A stretch of DNA of 64,000 nt, taken from positions 20,212,001 to 20,276,000 of the forward strand of contig JBHGNT010000002.1 of the NCBI GenBank assembly GCA_043228905.1, given 5' to 3'. Of this stretch, positions 36,801-50,537 are shown one piece after another. Positions within the stretch are counted from its first letter, which is position 1. Each line of letters opens with the position of its first letter. The translations under genes were made by a program, and so were the position numbers. The notes under the pieces are model-generated. The model was not told the origin of the DNA. It saw nothing but the letters and a program-made list of their open reading frames with translations, and searched no databases. Source of the stretch: Azolla caroliniana (lineage: Eukaryota; Plantae; Polypodiophyta).

Positions 36801-38093
36801 GCTTTCCATGGTATCTATTGGTTATAAATGCTAATAAATTACTCGAAACAAAATATAGCACTATGTAAAGCATTATGTACATATAGATTTTTTTCTACGT
36901 GAAAATAGAATCACTCTCAATTGTAAATAGACTCAAAAGGCATGCAAATTTCTTCTACCATGGCAAGGTATTTAATTCATTATGAAACTCTCGTTCATGA
37001 ATGGAAAAAGCTCAAAAAATCTACAATTCTTCAAAGAGGATTATTGGATGCAAGCATGGTTGCCATTCACATTTAATATACAAAAAGTTATTTGATTTCT
37101 TCAAGAGATTAGGAGAGCTTTTCACTCAAAAATGTTGGCTCATTCAAGCTTTAAATGAATTGCGATCAAATGGTACAAGTGATACTTCAAAGATGTTTGT
37201 ATAGTCTCACATGCATTTGCTGGAAATGATGCAGGAATAAACCTTCAAATATGAAAAATGATGCATCACAAGTAGAGATTCTAAGTGCTTGTATGTTCTC
37301 AAAACACGCTTTTATTCTTCCATATTGACATGTATGAAAAATGGGAAAGAGCAAAGGGTGGAGTATTGGAGGAAAAACAATGCATGTTATAAGACTGATG
37401 TTCATGTTTAAATTTTGACACCCACTTTTCCAGGACATTCCAACCCCTGAATCCTCACTATATAATATCAATAAGCGACAATAATCCAAATAACAATAAG
37501 AACTGAAATTCCATTTCCATTTCCCTTTGCCTGAAAGAGGACATCTTATGCTTGGATTCATATGCTTCTAATGTGAACACGACCTGAAAGCCTGGAGGGG
37601 ATAGTATCATCTTACTTACTACCCATAAACTTTTTGAATCTTATGAACTATCAACTTTTCTATCATAAGCTTTACAAGAAATTTGGGTACCCTTGGATTT
37701 GATGTTATCGTTTTAATGAAAATAAACCTGTCGAGCTCCTCTTTTTTATAGTTTCGACTCTCCTACATCATGACGAACTCATCAAACTTGTCGAATATTT
37801 GTGAAAGACATTACACCTTTTTGGCTCACAAATATGATAATACCTTTTCCTTGTTCCATCCCACTTGTGACTTCATGTGTGGTATGTGCTGCGGTGGCCT
37901 TTCGAATCATCACTTTATACAAACTCTTATTTAGCTAATATTTACAACGACCTTTTTCCAAGTTCCTATATTGTGCCATCTTTTCTTTCATGATTCCATC
38001 CCGAACTTTTGATCGTCCATTCTTCTCTTCTCCTCTGGGTCATCCCTGTATCTGAGTTTTTGTACCAAGTTCCAAGTCCCGGCTTTTATATCA

Positions 38094-41000
38094 TCATTTT
38101 CTTTTAAGCCCATCAAGCATGAACTTATCACCCGACCCACTCAACACATACTTCTCTTTAAAAACACCACTATCTTGGTCCATTTTCTTTTCTTTTGAAG
38201 CATTATTTGCAAGGTCATTCATAAGAGTTGATGCATCAACATCACCATTTGCGATTTCTTTAAGATGATCAAACTTTTTCTCTTTTGAGTCACTATTGGC
38301 AACATCATCAAACCCCATCATGAGGATAAGCTTATTAGCTGATGGGGTCTTCATAAAAGGACCCCCGGCTTTAGTCCAAGATTGATCAAAACCATCCTGA
38401 CCACTTTCACCATCACTTTCACCATCGCTAGTATTCCATATAGGTTTCACCGGCTTCCTCTGAGGACGACCACCCCACGGACCACCCATTGGTAATGTTG
38501 GTTCTCCACCCTCATCCTCATTTTGACCCATTGTATTATCCATTGCTAAAGTGTTCCACGAAGGAATCCTCTTTGAGGAAATGGAAAACGTGGATCCAAC
38601 ACCAGATTGCGGTATGCCTTTTTCAGAGCTCTTCTGCATTTGGCGTTGTTGGTTCAATCGAATAACACACTCATCGAGCATGAGTTCGATCCCACAATTT
38701 GCTTGAATGGCTGAAAGCTTGGCCCATGTGCACATTCTTCCTTGCATCACGGCCTTGCGTAACTCCGTTGCTGTTGGATTCTGTATAAGCTTCGCAAACT
38801 GTTTCCACAAAAAATACGACCACAATATTAGATCTAATGAACTTCTATGTGAATTTCCCCATTTGAATTTTTTTGAAATTTTGGTTTCAATAAAACCAGG
38901 TAGATCAGTCTCACGCTCCAAAACAATGTTTAAACATTTCTATTGAGTTTATTCATTTTGAATTAATTTTGAGGTTCTAGTTTTTAGTCAATATCTCAAC
39001 AAAAACAGGATCTATTCCTGAATTGAAGACATTGATAAAAATTCTCCAATGAACATTGGTAACTGTTACTTGTCTCTTTTTAATTTTTAATTTTGAGGTT
39101 ACAGATTTCTGAGGTATTTTGGTTTTTACTATGTCACTCTTTAAGCGGAAAATAATGACTACAGACCGAGCTTAGGTAACGGTTTTAACAGAAACCATGT
39201 GGACAAATGCTAACTTTGCATTTTCCTGCTTTTTTGAGGTTCTAACTCTAATATGCCACACAGTGACAGGGGAAGACTAAGGCTTCTGAGATGTGCATTC
39301 GCAACATGTCTCTTTTTAATTTTAAAATTTGAGGTTACAGATTTCTGAGGTATTTCTGGTTTTTACTATGTCACTCTTTAAGCGGAAAACAATGACTACA
39401 AACTGAGCTTAGGGAACTGTTTTAACCAAAACCATGTGGACAAATGCTAACTTTGCATTTTCCTGCTTTTTTGAGGTTCTAACTCTAATATGCCACACAG
39501 TGACAGGGGAAGACTAAGGCTTCTGAGATGTGCATTCGCAACAAAAATCAGATTAGATCTACCTTGAAGTTCCCAGACATTGAATTTCTTTACATATTTC
39601 GTAGATAATATATACGACATCTTAGGCAGAACATATTTAGTAGATAAGTTTTTTCTTGAAGTATTTGGTTCAAATAATATATACCACATATGAAGGTCCA
39701 AGACAACATTCAAACATTTCTAGACATTAACAAGAATCACCTGAGCAAGAGTTGCAGGCATGACAATTGTGATATCACCTTCCCAATCCTGAGCAAAAAG
39801 CTTAGATATGCCCCCAAGAGGAAAACCTAATTCCAATGCTTGCCGACATCGATGCTTAACCTCCATCTCCACCATCTGAGCTAACTGAAAAAACAGGGAA
39901 CGCTACATGTATCACAAGTCTGTCATAATGATAATGTATTGTCACATGATTAAAAGATAATAACGACACATCCATGCTATATATTATATAGTTTATTCTT
40001 CACACTTATTCTATACATCATGTGTTCCATACCTTCCCAGCAAAGTCTCCCCCATATGTACGCACAGCTTCCTTCAGACGAAGAAGAGGTGCGATGTGAG
40101 GGTTAGCTTGGCTAACAATAAAATGATTGACATTGAAAAGCTCCTTGAGATGCATCATAGGAAGATCACTTTCCAAGCTTCCATCTCGCCATCTCCTCCT
40201 AAAAACACCCACTCCCTCTTGCCCTTCATTCGCTAAATAGTGATATGGCACAAGCCGGCCTTGCCTATCTTTAGCCATGAGTTCTTGTGCCTCAAAAAGG
40301 CCTGGAAATGCACAAGATGCTGTGACTGCACTCCATACCACAACATGAGGAGATGTCAGATAGTTGAGACAACGTGGAGGGTCATGCCGACGTGGAGAGC
40401 AAACTGAGATGCCGAGAACACGACCCGATAGATCGTATGCTTCTTGAAAGGTTAAGTCTCCGATAAGTTGCCTCATCCCTCTTTGAAGCTGCCCTATGTC
40501 TTGGACTGCACCTCTGGTGATGAGCCTATGAGCAATGACAAAGATGTTGCCCATAGATTCAAAGAACCTCATAGGTGGATTTGGATCCTCGAAAAAGCTC
40601 TGGAGCTCGGGCCATGTCCTTGTGGCAGCAAACGAACAAATAATCGATCCTACACTAGCCCCCGCAATAACACGCGGGAAAAGTCGATGTTCTACCAAGG
40701 TTCTAACTACACCCAAGTGAAATGCTCCTAATGCTGCTCCTCCACTTAATAGCAATGCTGTCCGGCCAAAAGCGTGCCTAGTTTCATGAATAAATGCAAT
40801 TTTCTCCTCCAATGAGAATTCATCAGACTCCATCTCACACACTGCATAGAGATGGTACCTCACTTCATTGATGTATTCTTGGATAAGTTTGGGTGTCTGG
40901 AGTCTACCACTGTGAAGTTCTGGGTTGCACATATTTCCAAGGTTTCGCACAAGGTCAGCCCGGAGACAAAACAGGATATCCTCAACACTCCCTTTAAGCC

Positions 41001-41460
41001 TCCTTTGTCTTAACTCAGCTAACTTCGCCTTCACTAGCTCTTCATCATAAAGATCTGAATCTTTCCTCCGATCACTATTTAGCTCAAGCATTCTCGCAGC
41101 ATAAGCCCATTCTTCATATGTATTAACCACATTCATATGGTTTTTCCAGTATTTCCTGCGGTATGTGAGCTCGGCTTTGTGTTTCATCGTTCGAGCTCGT
41201 CGCAAGAGAAATGTTGCAACTATGATCATGGCGAGAATCATGCTTGGGTTGCGAGGGTTCATACATTCTAGTAGAACCTTGTATGCTATTGATAAGAACC
41301 TCTTTCCTCGGCGAGCATAATGTAACACAAAAGACCACAAATTGATGAAGATTTCTTTCGCAGATTTGCATAAAAGCACTCTGATTGCTAGTGTTTGGCC
41401 TACAACTGTTGAAGGACCAATGGCAAAAGGGTATAATACAGCGTCATCAGATGATTCCAT
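38094..41460 (-). CDS. SDP1: Patatin-like triacylglycerol lipase (SUGAR-DEPENDENT1 family); exons 41460-40033, 39884-39741, 38798-38094
   Basis: PFAIGPST N-terminus, [37 protein letters not shown] (GxSxG), [47 protein letters not shown]; phase-0 GT-AG introns. Confidence 0.93.
39071..39543. repeat. Tandem duplication, two copies of about 236 bp, in SDP1 intron 2
   Basis: tgtctctttttaatt...gatgtgcattcgcaaca at 39071-39306 and 39307-39543, with few differences. Confidence 0.9.
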
Positions 41461-42450
41461 AATTAAACAATCTCTTGATTTCCTGTTCTTCTTTTCTTTG
41501 TTTTATTTAGCAAGCACCTTTTCTAATTGTGTCAGATTGATTCTTCGTCTTTAACAATACTTTTCTGATTGCCTATAAGCCCTTTTCCCCATTTTATTTC
41601 TTTGAACACTTTTCGGGGTTGCTTTACGTCAATCCAAAGCTTTATTTGTAATAGCAAGAAGAAATAAATCTGTCCAAAATTACACAATTCCTTTATTACT
41701 ACCTCTCCTTCTTCTTTCAAGTGGAATGAAGCTTTTGTTAAAAAACGAAAACGAAAACGAAAACTCTGTTTTTTTATCTAGGCTATTTTTGCTAACTCTC
41801 TTCAAACTCAGTAGTCTGTAATTAACAAAATAGATAAAAAAACTGAAACCCAAACCCTAAAGCATAAACTCGAGATAAATATTTCAACAGAAAATCGATG
41901 CAGTTGCAATAAACTTGAGATAATTCACAACCACAAACACAGCCTGAACATCATGATACGAATACAAGAGATCCTTCACCAGAAAAGCAATACAATTTGA
42001 ATAAATCCAAGATAATTGTTAAAAAACGAAAAGCTATGTGAAGAGAAAAGAAGAAGATCTGTTTCATAATAAGAACAGAGGAAATAAAGCACAACACACC
42101 TGAATATGTACGTCTGACGAAGCAATTCTCTCTGTTTTCAGATGAATGGTTGAAGCTTTCAAATTAGATGAAATGAATCGACTAAATATGGTCTACCGTG
42201 CGGAGTCGGAATGGGAATGGGAATCAGAAGAAGAAGAAGAAGAAGAAAATGATGAGGACCTAAAATTGATCAAAATCAGAATCAGAATCAGAAGGAGATG
42301 AAGATGAAGATGAAGATGAAGAAGAAGAAGAAGAAGAAATTGGCCTTTAAAAGGAGAAGAATTCGGAAGAAGTTTTATTTATTTTTCTTTTATTTCCCGA
42401 TGGTAATTAATTAAGTAATTAATTAGAGTTTAATTAATTGGGATATTTCG

Positions 42451-42489
42451 ACGTGGCATCGTCGCCCTGCTGACTGGGCATCCACGTCA
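42451..42489. promoter_or_regulatory. Paired ABRE/G-box-like motifs upstream of SDP1
   Basis: ACGTGGC at 42451 and CCACGTCA at 42482, just upstream of the CT-rich 5' leader on the minus strand. Confidence 0.4.
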
Positions 42490-42723
42490 TTCATTTCTTG
42501 CTTTTGGCTTTTTGGCTTTTTGCTTGTCTAGCCTTTTTACTTTTAAAAAAACAGGGCTTCGTATCTCGGGGGCTTCTCAGGCGCCCAACTCTTTCGTGCC
42601 CACCCAACTACACCCTCCAATTGTCCGCCCTCCCCCGTTCCCGACATTTTCTCAGTCTCATTTGGCCGAATCCAAGAAAATGTCAGGTTTCTTATAGTGC
42701 TTTTTTTCTTCAAGTGATCTTTA

Positions 42724-44110
42724 TGAGAGAAAGGTAGAGATAGATAGATTCTATTGTCGTCTTCAGAGGAGACCAAAAATATTACATTTCACATGCTACA
42801 TGTGAAAGTGAGTAGCGACGCTTGATGTTCAAGAACTTTACCGATGAATGTTGCAATCGAGAGTGCACATTGTGGTTGTGAGAGAGAAATTTGTGCAAGG
42901 ATTGGGCTTGGTCGAAGATGACATGTGGAAAGTGAGTAGCAACGCTTGATGTTCAAGAACTTTACTGATGAATGTTGCAATCGAGAGTGCACGTTGTGGT
43001 TGTGAGAGAGAAATTCGTGCAAGGATTGGGCTTGGTCGAAGATGACATGTGGAAAGCATGATTGAATACGATCAAAGACAAAGCATTGTATCAAAGTGTG
43101 ATACTCAGACTCACAAACTTGTTTAGGGGAAAGTGTGCATAATCGACCACTCTCATCACTTGTGCCCCAACGCCTCGTCTCACATCGTAATGCATGTGAG
43201 CTAAGTCGCATGGAAGCAATGGTTCGAATGACAAGTAATGGGATGGGCTCTAACATGTATCGATGTGTATGGTTTCCCCATTCTGCGAAGAATATGGTTT
43301 TGTAGTTAGGTGCAACATGTGTAGTATAATGTGTGAAGCGTGAACCTCCATATTTGTCTCATGTCATGATACATTGGTGTTGCAAAACGACCTCATTTAT
43401 AAAGGAATCTAGTGATGCATTATGAAGCAAGTGTGTTGCATCCCATCTACCAAACCAAATTTCTATATCTTGCATCTAATTGGAACACAAAAATTTGCTT
43501 TTATGCGTCTTTTGGATATTTTTGCTTGCTTTCCATGCGATTCTAGGAAATCGATGTGAGGAACTTTTTTGAACCTTACGCATGTATTCAACAACCCTTT
43601 CCATGGCCATGATCTCAATGGGAAGTGATCTTCTCTTAAGAAGGAGGGTGTAGGGCGTTTATTTCTTAACTTGTGAAATTTTTTGGACATTTTCAAACTC
43701 TTTCCAAGTAGATTTAGGGATGCGACTGCCCCATACTTGCACCCCATAGAGAAGCACTAGTATCACCAAAGTGTCGAAAAGGTATTTCGTGAGGACCCAA
43801 CACTTCATATCTCCATGATTGCATGTGTTCTCAAATGCATAATATGTTCGCTTTCCCCCCTCTAACCAACATGTAGCACATTCATTCCATCTATGATTTG
43901 AAGGAACTTCAAGGCCAAGATATTTGAAGCTTTCCACACAATCACGTGACTCAAAATTATACATAATGCATGGTTTATCTCTTTTTTGGCTCTTCACAAG
44001 CATAATATTTGTTTTAGAGCTATTGACACTTAATTTATTATGCATGCAAATTTTTTCCAATGCCTTCATGAGCTTTTGTGCATCTCCTAAAGTATTTGCA
44101 AAAAACACTA
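42724..44110 (-). mobile_element. 5'-truncated RTE/RTEX-like LINE with an internal duplication of about 120 bp near its 3' end
   Basis: RT C-terminus LSVNSSKTNIM..VESFKYLG; MRLSSHALRCETRRW..RLC..ESEYHTLIQC; GA-rich sequence at both ends. Confidence 0.85.
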
Positions 44111-45899
44111 CGTTAGAGAGAGAGAGAGAGCTTGACTTTCGATCTCTCTGGGGGACACACGACTTCTTCTGATTTAAAAAAAATGCCTACTAACCACCTA
44201 GACCAAACTCCCACTTCCCTATACTTCTATTCGACCCTTGCTTTCCTTGCACACATATTCAAAGGAACCGACCAAACCATACCAAAATGACGTCGTTCTG
44301 CAATTTCAGCTTTCTCTTTTTCTTGCACATGTTGTCCGGTTACAAACCGAAATACCATGTTTCCACATTTTTTGCTTTTTGCTTTTTGCTTTTGTGGTGT
44401 TGCCTTGTGACCATATGGAGACAACTACGTCACTTTGACTCACTACCTTGAAATATCACATTGTCCACATTTTACCTTTCTATTTGTTTCTTCTCCTCTT
44501 ATCATATTAATTTAATGTTGGTCTCTATCTGTATCCATATCACATATCTTCATCCTCTCACCTTTCTTGACTAGACGCAATGCCACTTTTCCACCTCAGA
44601 TCATCCACTTTTTGCCTTTTTGCTATCTCTTTTCTCACACTCGGTCCTTGCTCATATGTGACCTTTCATTTGAGGATTTTTGTCTTGGTGAATGTCTTTA
44701 TCTATTTCTATGCCATGACAAATTTTATCTTTGGGTGAAGCACATCGCATCGACATGGCCATTCTAGTCCATCCCTCAAGCACATTGCTCTCTTGATCCT
44801 TGAGTTTGGTGGGCACACTAATTACTCGTATGGTCTTTTAACATGCATGTTACTCTTTCTTGCATTATTGATTATGTCTCATCTTATTGAGAGCATCCTC
44901 GGGTGTGGAAATTTTCATCCACATTTTCTAACAAGACTTCGAACCTTGCATATATCAATTCTGCATGTCAACTCGTCCATTTTTCCTTTCGTTTCATTTG
45001 TTTGCTTAACAAAAACAAACCATAAATATTCCTTTTTATCCTTAACTAATGATATTTAAATTGGGTTTCTCAAAACAATAATAGATTGTGCACTTTAAAG
45101 AGGAGTGCTAAGAAATGCATTCATCAAAAGTGACTTTCTTGTGTATAGACTACTATCCAATCAAAGGGCCATGTTGGCTCTTAGTCATTATGCTATTTTA
45201 GGACATCATCACATTCTATGTGCACATGCATTGATTTATACTCAAAGGCTAGTGTCAACATCAATTATTTATTCCCTTAGGTTTTTGTTTTTCCATAATG
45301 TAACCATAAGTCTTATTCATTCATTGTCTTTTAGCTCTTATTAGGCAAATCCTTCAAAATCAATTGTTTATCATGCTCATTGTATGATTCTCCAATTCTA
45401 TTATGTAGTACAAGGATGAAAAGATAACGATGACACTATCCCAAAACAATGGCATAATTTAGACCCATTTCCTAAAACAAAGGCTTCTTTGAGGTTAGCA
45501 TGACATAAGATCACATTATCCCGTTCATGTTATAGAATACGTTAAACTTCACTTCATTTTATCTCGTTTTATGACGTTGGAAGCATGGAAATTTTGATTT
45601 ACAGAGATATTCTTGATAACACAAAGATTTTATATTTGCTGATTCCCCTCTTTGCACAACTATGTTTTGGGTAATACATTTTTAGACATAAGACTTACAT
45701 GGCACCTAACACAATCCAACGTCAATAGATAAGTGGTAACCATGTCCTTAAACTCAACTGAAATGGACGTATACTTCCAAATTATGAGGCACTTGCAATT
45801 CACACATAGGTATATCCTAAACCTTCATTATGCCACATTGCCATGGCAAATGTAAAGCAATTTCTTGAGATGTGCTACCTTCTCTTTGATACCAATACC

Positions 45900-46515
45900 T
45901 AGCGATGGGCTCGGTTTGGTTTCTTGGCCTTGAAACCAAACCAAACCATTTATTCATAATAAAAACCGAACCAAATTGTTTAAAATTTATGAAGCGATTT
46001 AAATCGAACCGTTTAAAAAATAAGAGAAACCAAATCGTTTACGGAAAATTTAGAACCAAACCAAACCGGTTTATCTTAAATCAAAACTAAACTAAACCAA
46101 ACCATTTTTTTTTTATAATGATCATTATACTGATAATTTATAAATTTGTGTGAGAAAATCATCATAAATTTGTTCATCATACTTATCATAAATTTTGCCA
46201 TCATAGTTATTATAAATTTGGTCATCATTCTTATCATAAATTTGGTCATCATACTTATCATAAATTTAGTCATCATACTTATAATATTTGATCATCATAA
46301 ATGAAAAGGAGACTCTACATATAATGCATATAAAATTTAATAAGTTAAAACTAGGGTTTAAAATTAAAAGTTGAAAAGTTAGTAACATTTGAAACCAAAC
46401 CGATTAGTAACATTTGACACCAAACCAAACTATTTATTTATCTTCGAACCTATAAACTGTTAAGCCACAATTTAACGGTTCGGTTCGGTTCGAGCTGAAA
46501 TCGGGCCCATTGCTA
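45900..46515. mobile_element. Non-autonomous hAT-like MITE
   Basis: TIRs tagcgatgggc / gcccattgcta; many subterminal aaacc(g)aacc motifs; internal 24-bp atcatacttatcataaatttggtc repeats; no clear TSD. Confidence 0.65.
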
Positions 46516-47359
46516 CCGGTCTTAGGCTCAAATCGGTTACACCTTCTTGGGAAAGGGGTAAATTGATCAATAATGATATTATATTTGTTGTGAGAGTCTT
46601 AGAAAGGAAAGGTTAAAGTGAATCATACAAGGTCTTACATAATAAAGATCACCAATTGTATTGTTAATAGTGCATTTCTTTTACATGACAATGTCCTAGA
46701 TGACATAGACATCAATTCCTCTATGCATGAGAGTCTTAGAAAGGAAATGTCAAAATGAATCATATGAGGTCACTATTCCTATTGAGGATTATACCCACCT
46801 TGTCTCATTTTTATGAAGACATTATGCATTACATTTTGATGAGGTAACTTATGTATATTATATCTTTAACTTTAAGTTGTGGCTAGCTCAAGTTTCACAT
46901 AATTGGTTTGATAATTTATTTGGAGAAAATTTCCCTATATACATACATATACACATATACATATATTCACTATATTCTTTCAAATATTGATGCATGCAAG
47001 TTTTGGGACCATATATACCAGATGAGGTTTAAGTAAATAGGAAGGAAGGAAATAAAGAATTACAAGCTAATCAAGGGTTTGAGACTTTATCAATGAGAGT
47101 GATTTTTTTTGACTAATACTAGACTTCTATACTCGATCAATATGAGCCTCTAGTAGAACAACTTGAACTTTTTCAATCAAAATTGTTTCTTCGTGATTTT
47201 ACCACAACATGAGGAGTTCATAAATGTTGATGTACGTTATCAATTTGTTCTTGAAAGTGTATTCACAACGTTGACATTGGCAAGTATTAATAATATATCA
47301 ATTGAAAACGACTATAGTAACCTTTAACAAGTTTGAATGCTAGTAGTTATTGTGTTGAG

Positions 47360-50300
47360 TGTTGAGCGGACAAGCTCAACCTTATCTGGATCGGCTAAGT
47401 AAGCCAGAGCCAGATCGGTGTCTGGATCAATGCCCAGAATGAGAGCCGGATCGGTATCTGGAACGGAGAGCCAAATTTGTGTTCGGATTTGAGTATAACC
47501 GGTGGGCCGTTAGAGGCCTACGAACCTAGCCTAGTACATAGGCATATTTTTAGGAGTCATTCCCAGTTGCTTGGTATGAGCATTGAAGTACATATCAGTA
47601 CATCTGTCAGTCCTTTTAAGGACTTGAATAAGTGCTCACTGAGCACATTGTATGTACAAAGTAATTTTTGAATTTGAGTTTATGCTATTATGTTCTCTTA
47701 GTGTTTTGTGAAGCGTCCATTAAATCTACACATATTATCAATTGATATCCGGTGAAGTCCGTTACGTCTACGAGCTTCCACATATTAACTTTCACATGAT
47801 ATCAGAGTGCGAGGGTTGAAAATCCTCTACTACCGACAGAAAGCGCTAAGTAGACAAAGACAACCTAACTTTAGGAAAAGAACAGGCCGAAGAAAGACAG
47901 ACAACTCGCTTCCGACGGAGAAGCTCGATAGAAGCAACTATGCATCTTGGTCTTACAAGATGCACCAATACTTGCTCGGACACAGATACTGGAGCTATGT
48001 CAAAGGAGTGAATGAAGTAGCGTCAGAGACGGCATGCAAGGACTTCTCGACGTGGGAGCAAGGAGCGAGCAAGGTGTTGTACTGCCTTGTGTCTTGTGTG
48101 CATGATCAAATGCTCGGCTACATCAAGGATGCAAAATCGCCGAAAGAAGTTTGGGAAAATCTGAAGAAGATTTTCGCGGCAAGCACCACGACTTGGAAGT
48201 TGTAGCTCCCACAAGAGCTCAACAACATCAAACAATAGGATATGTCGATTACCGACTATACCACTAAGGTAAAGGAGATCTACGACGCGCTGGGGTCTAT
48301 TAACGTGATGGTGGATGAAGACGAAATGGTTCAGATCTGCGGCGGTGGTTTAGTGCAAAGGTGTCGGCCTATCCGGACAACGATTTGCACCCGAAAGAAG
48401 CCACCGTCCTTCAACTTGTGATCGATGTTGTGGTCGAAGAAAACCAGGCGAGTGGGTCGAGGACCACTCAATCGGACAACCGGATGCAGTTCACGGAGGC
48501 GGATCGGCCCCATGGGCATGGAGGATGAGGTGGATCGACACGCGACAATGGTAGCCAACAAGAGCAGAATTGGAGGCTCGGAGATAGTGCCGATAGCAGT
48601 TCCGGGCCCTCCACGAGCAGGGGGAGTCAAGGCGGCGTTGGGAACCCCCAATCGAAAGCCGAAACGAAATGTTGGTATTGTGGCAAGAAAGGCCACCAGG
48701 AGAGCAAGTGTTGGAAGAAGCGCACTGATTCGGACAATCCGGATCCGGCAAGGCCGGACAAGGGAGTCGGCAACACTCGCACTACATCGAAGGATCCGGA
48801 ACCGGAATGACCGAAAATGGATCGGGCCTAGCCTTTGTGGTGAAGCACAAGGTGAACTCGATGAAGAGGACCACCTCCAAGTCGAAAGAAGTATCAGGTA
48901 TGTTGACTCTGGGGCATCGAACCATATGACGAGCCATGAAGATTGGTTCTCGTATCTAGAGAAACCGGGGCAACCGGGATTTGTCAAAACCGGAGACGAC
49001 ACCCCTCATCCAATCGAACATGTCGGAGAAGTCCCCTTATATCATATTGGACAAAAAGGGAAGCTGATGAACGTATTACATGTTTTGAAAATGATGAAGA
49101 ACCTGGTGTCGATTGGATAGATAGTTGACTAGGGGATGCAAGTTTGATTCATGCATCTCGGGTGCTTCATCGAGGAGGAGGGCTAGATTATCGCGCAAGG
49201 GCGTCGGGACGGGAGGATGTTCATCCTCGACAATAATGATGTCGGCATCACTCTATTTGCCAAAGGACAAAAAGTCGGGTCAAACATTGACTTATGGCAC
49301 AAGTGAACATGCCACATCAACTAAATCGAAATAGGTGGTTCTTGGATTGCCAAAATTTAGTGGCCGGAAGGCCCAAATTTGTGAAGCCTACTAGCTCGGA
49401 ACTAACACGGGCTTCCGTTCCCCATCGAAAGAAACTGGAGCTGGAACAAGCTTGAATTAATACATTTGGATGTATGGGGACCGGCACAAAGTGTTAGTCT
49501 TGGTGGGAGTCGATACTTCGTTTCCTTCATCGACGACTACAACCGGCACACGTGGATCGATCTCATTGAGAAGAAAAGTGAGGTCTTCGACTGTTTCCGG
49601 AACCTGCAAAGTCTTGTCGAATGGGAAACGGAGAGGAAGATCAAGTGCCTGCGGTCGGATGGCAGGAAAGAGTATTTTTTTGGCCAATTCAACAACTATC
49701 TGCAACGGAAGGGAATTCGGCGAGAATTTAGTTGCAGATATACGCCAGTAAAAAATAGAGTAGCCGAGCGGAAGAACCGGTCAGTTGTGGAAGCAGGACG
49801 GGCAATGCTGGAGGAGAAGAGCATGCCGAAGTTCTATTGGGCTGAAGCGGTTCGGACGACCATCTACATCCAAAACCGGATCGGGGAGAAGGTGTTGACA
49901 CACACGAGTTGTATTTCGGGCAGAAGCCGAACTTAAGACACCTCAGGGTATTTGGTAGCGTAGCCTATGTGCATATACAAGATGAGAAGCGGAGGAAGCT
50001 GGACCCGAAGTCGGAGAAGTGCATTTTGGTCAGCTACTCACATGAATAGAAGGGTTATAAGTGTTATAACCCCCGAACAAAACAAGTTCGAGTAAGCCGA
50101 GATGTCGAGTTTGATGAGACAACATCATGGTACTCATCGACTCTGACTCCGACCCCCGACAATTTCGACTACCCGATCGTGGAGGATGAGGCCAGTGAGC
50201 CCGAAATGATCTGGGTAGAAGAAGACGAAGAAGAGCTCGGTACTCTAGACGAGAGTCCGACCTCATTCCGGTTGAGGAGGCTGAATGAAGAGTTGAGTCG

Positions 50301-50537
50301 GAAAGACTAGCATGATGATGAGCCGGCGATTAGTGAAGACTTTGTCGTGCTCTCCCGTGCAAGGAACCGAGGAGATGGTTCACACGCAAAGAGAAGGGGA
50401 AGAAGAAGATGCCGGAATATGACACCGGCCTAGATGAGTCGGATAAGAATGAATCAGACTACAGGAAGAACGAGGACGGACCTTCGGAGATGAAGTCCGA
50501 GTCAGCCAAGAGAGGTCTTAAATCGGCTAACGAGAAG
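47360..50537 (+). mobile_element. Ty1/Copia (Copia-2), 5' half: LTR 47360-47796, tRNA-iMet PBS, degraded gag-protease-integrase; related to Copia-1
   Basis: PBS tgatatcagagtg at 47797; KLDRSNYASW, YVDSGASNHM, DVWGPA..YFVSFIDDY, NRVAERKNR; similar to 2073-3090. Confidence 0.92.

Noticed and set aside
37985-38105. Possible longer SDP1 C-terminus via a frameshift in an A-run near the stop
   Set aside because: An alternative frame stays open for a short stretch, but the tail is poorly conserved and cannot be judged without reads.
46076-46290. Met/Lys-rich repeat ORF
   Set aside because: Translation of the 24-bp tandem repeat inside the MITE.
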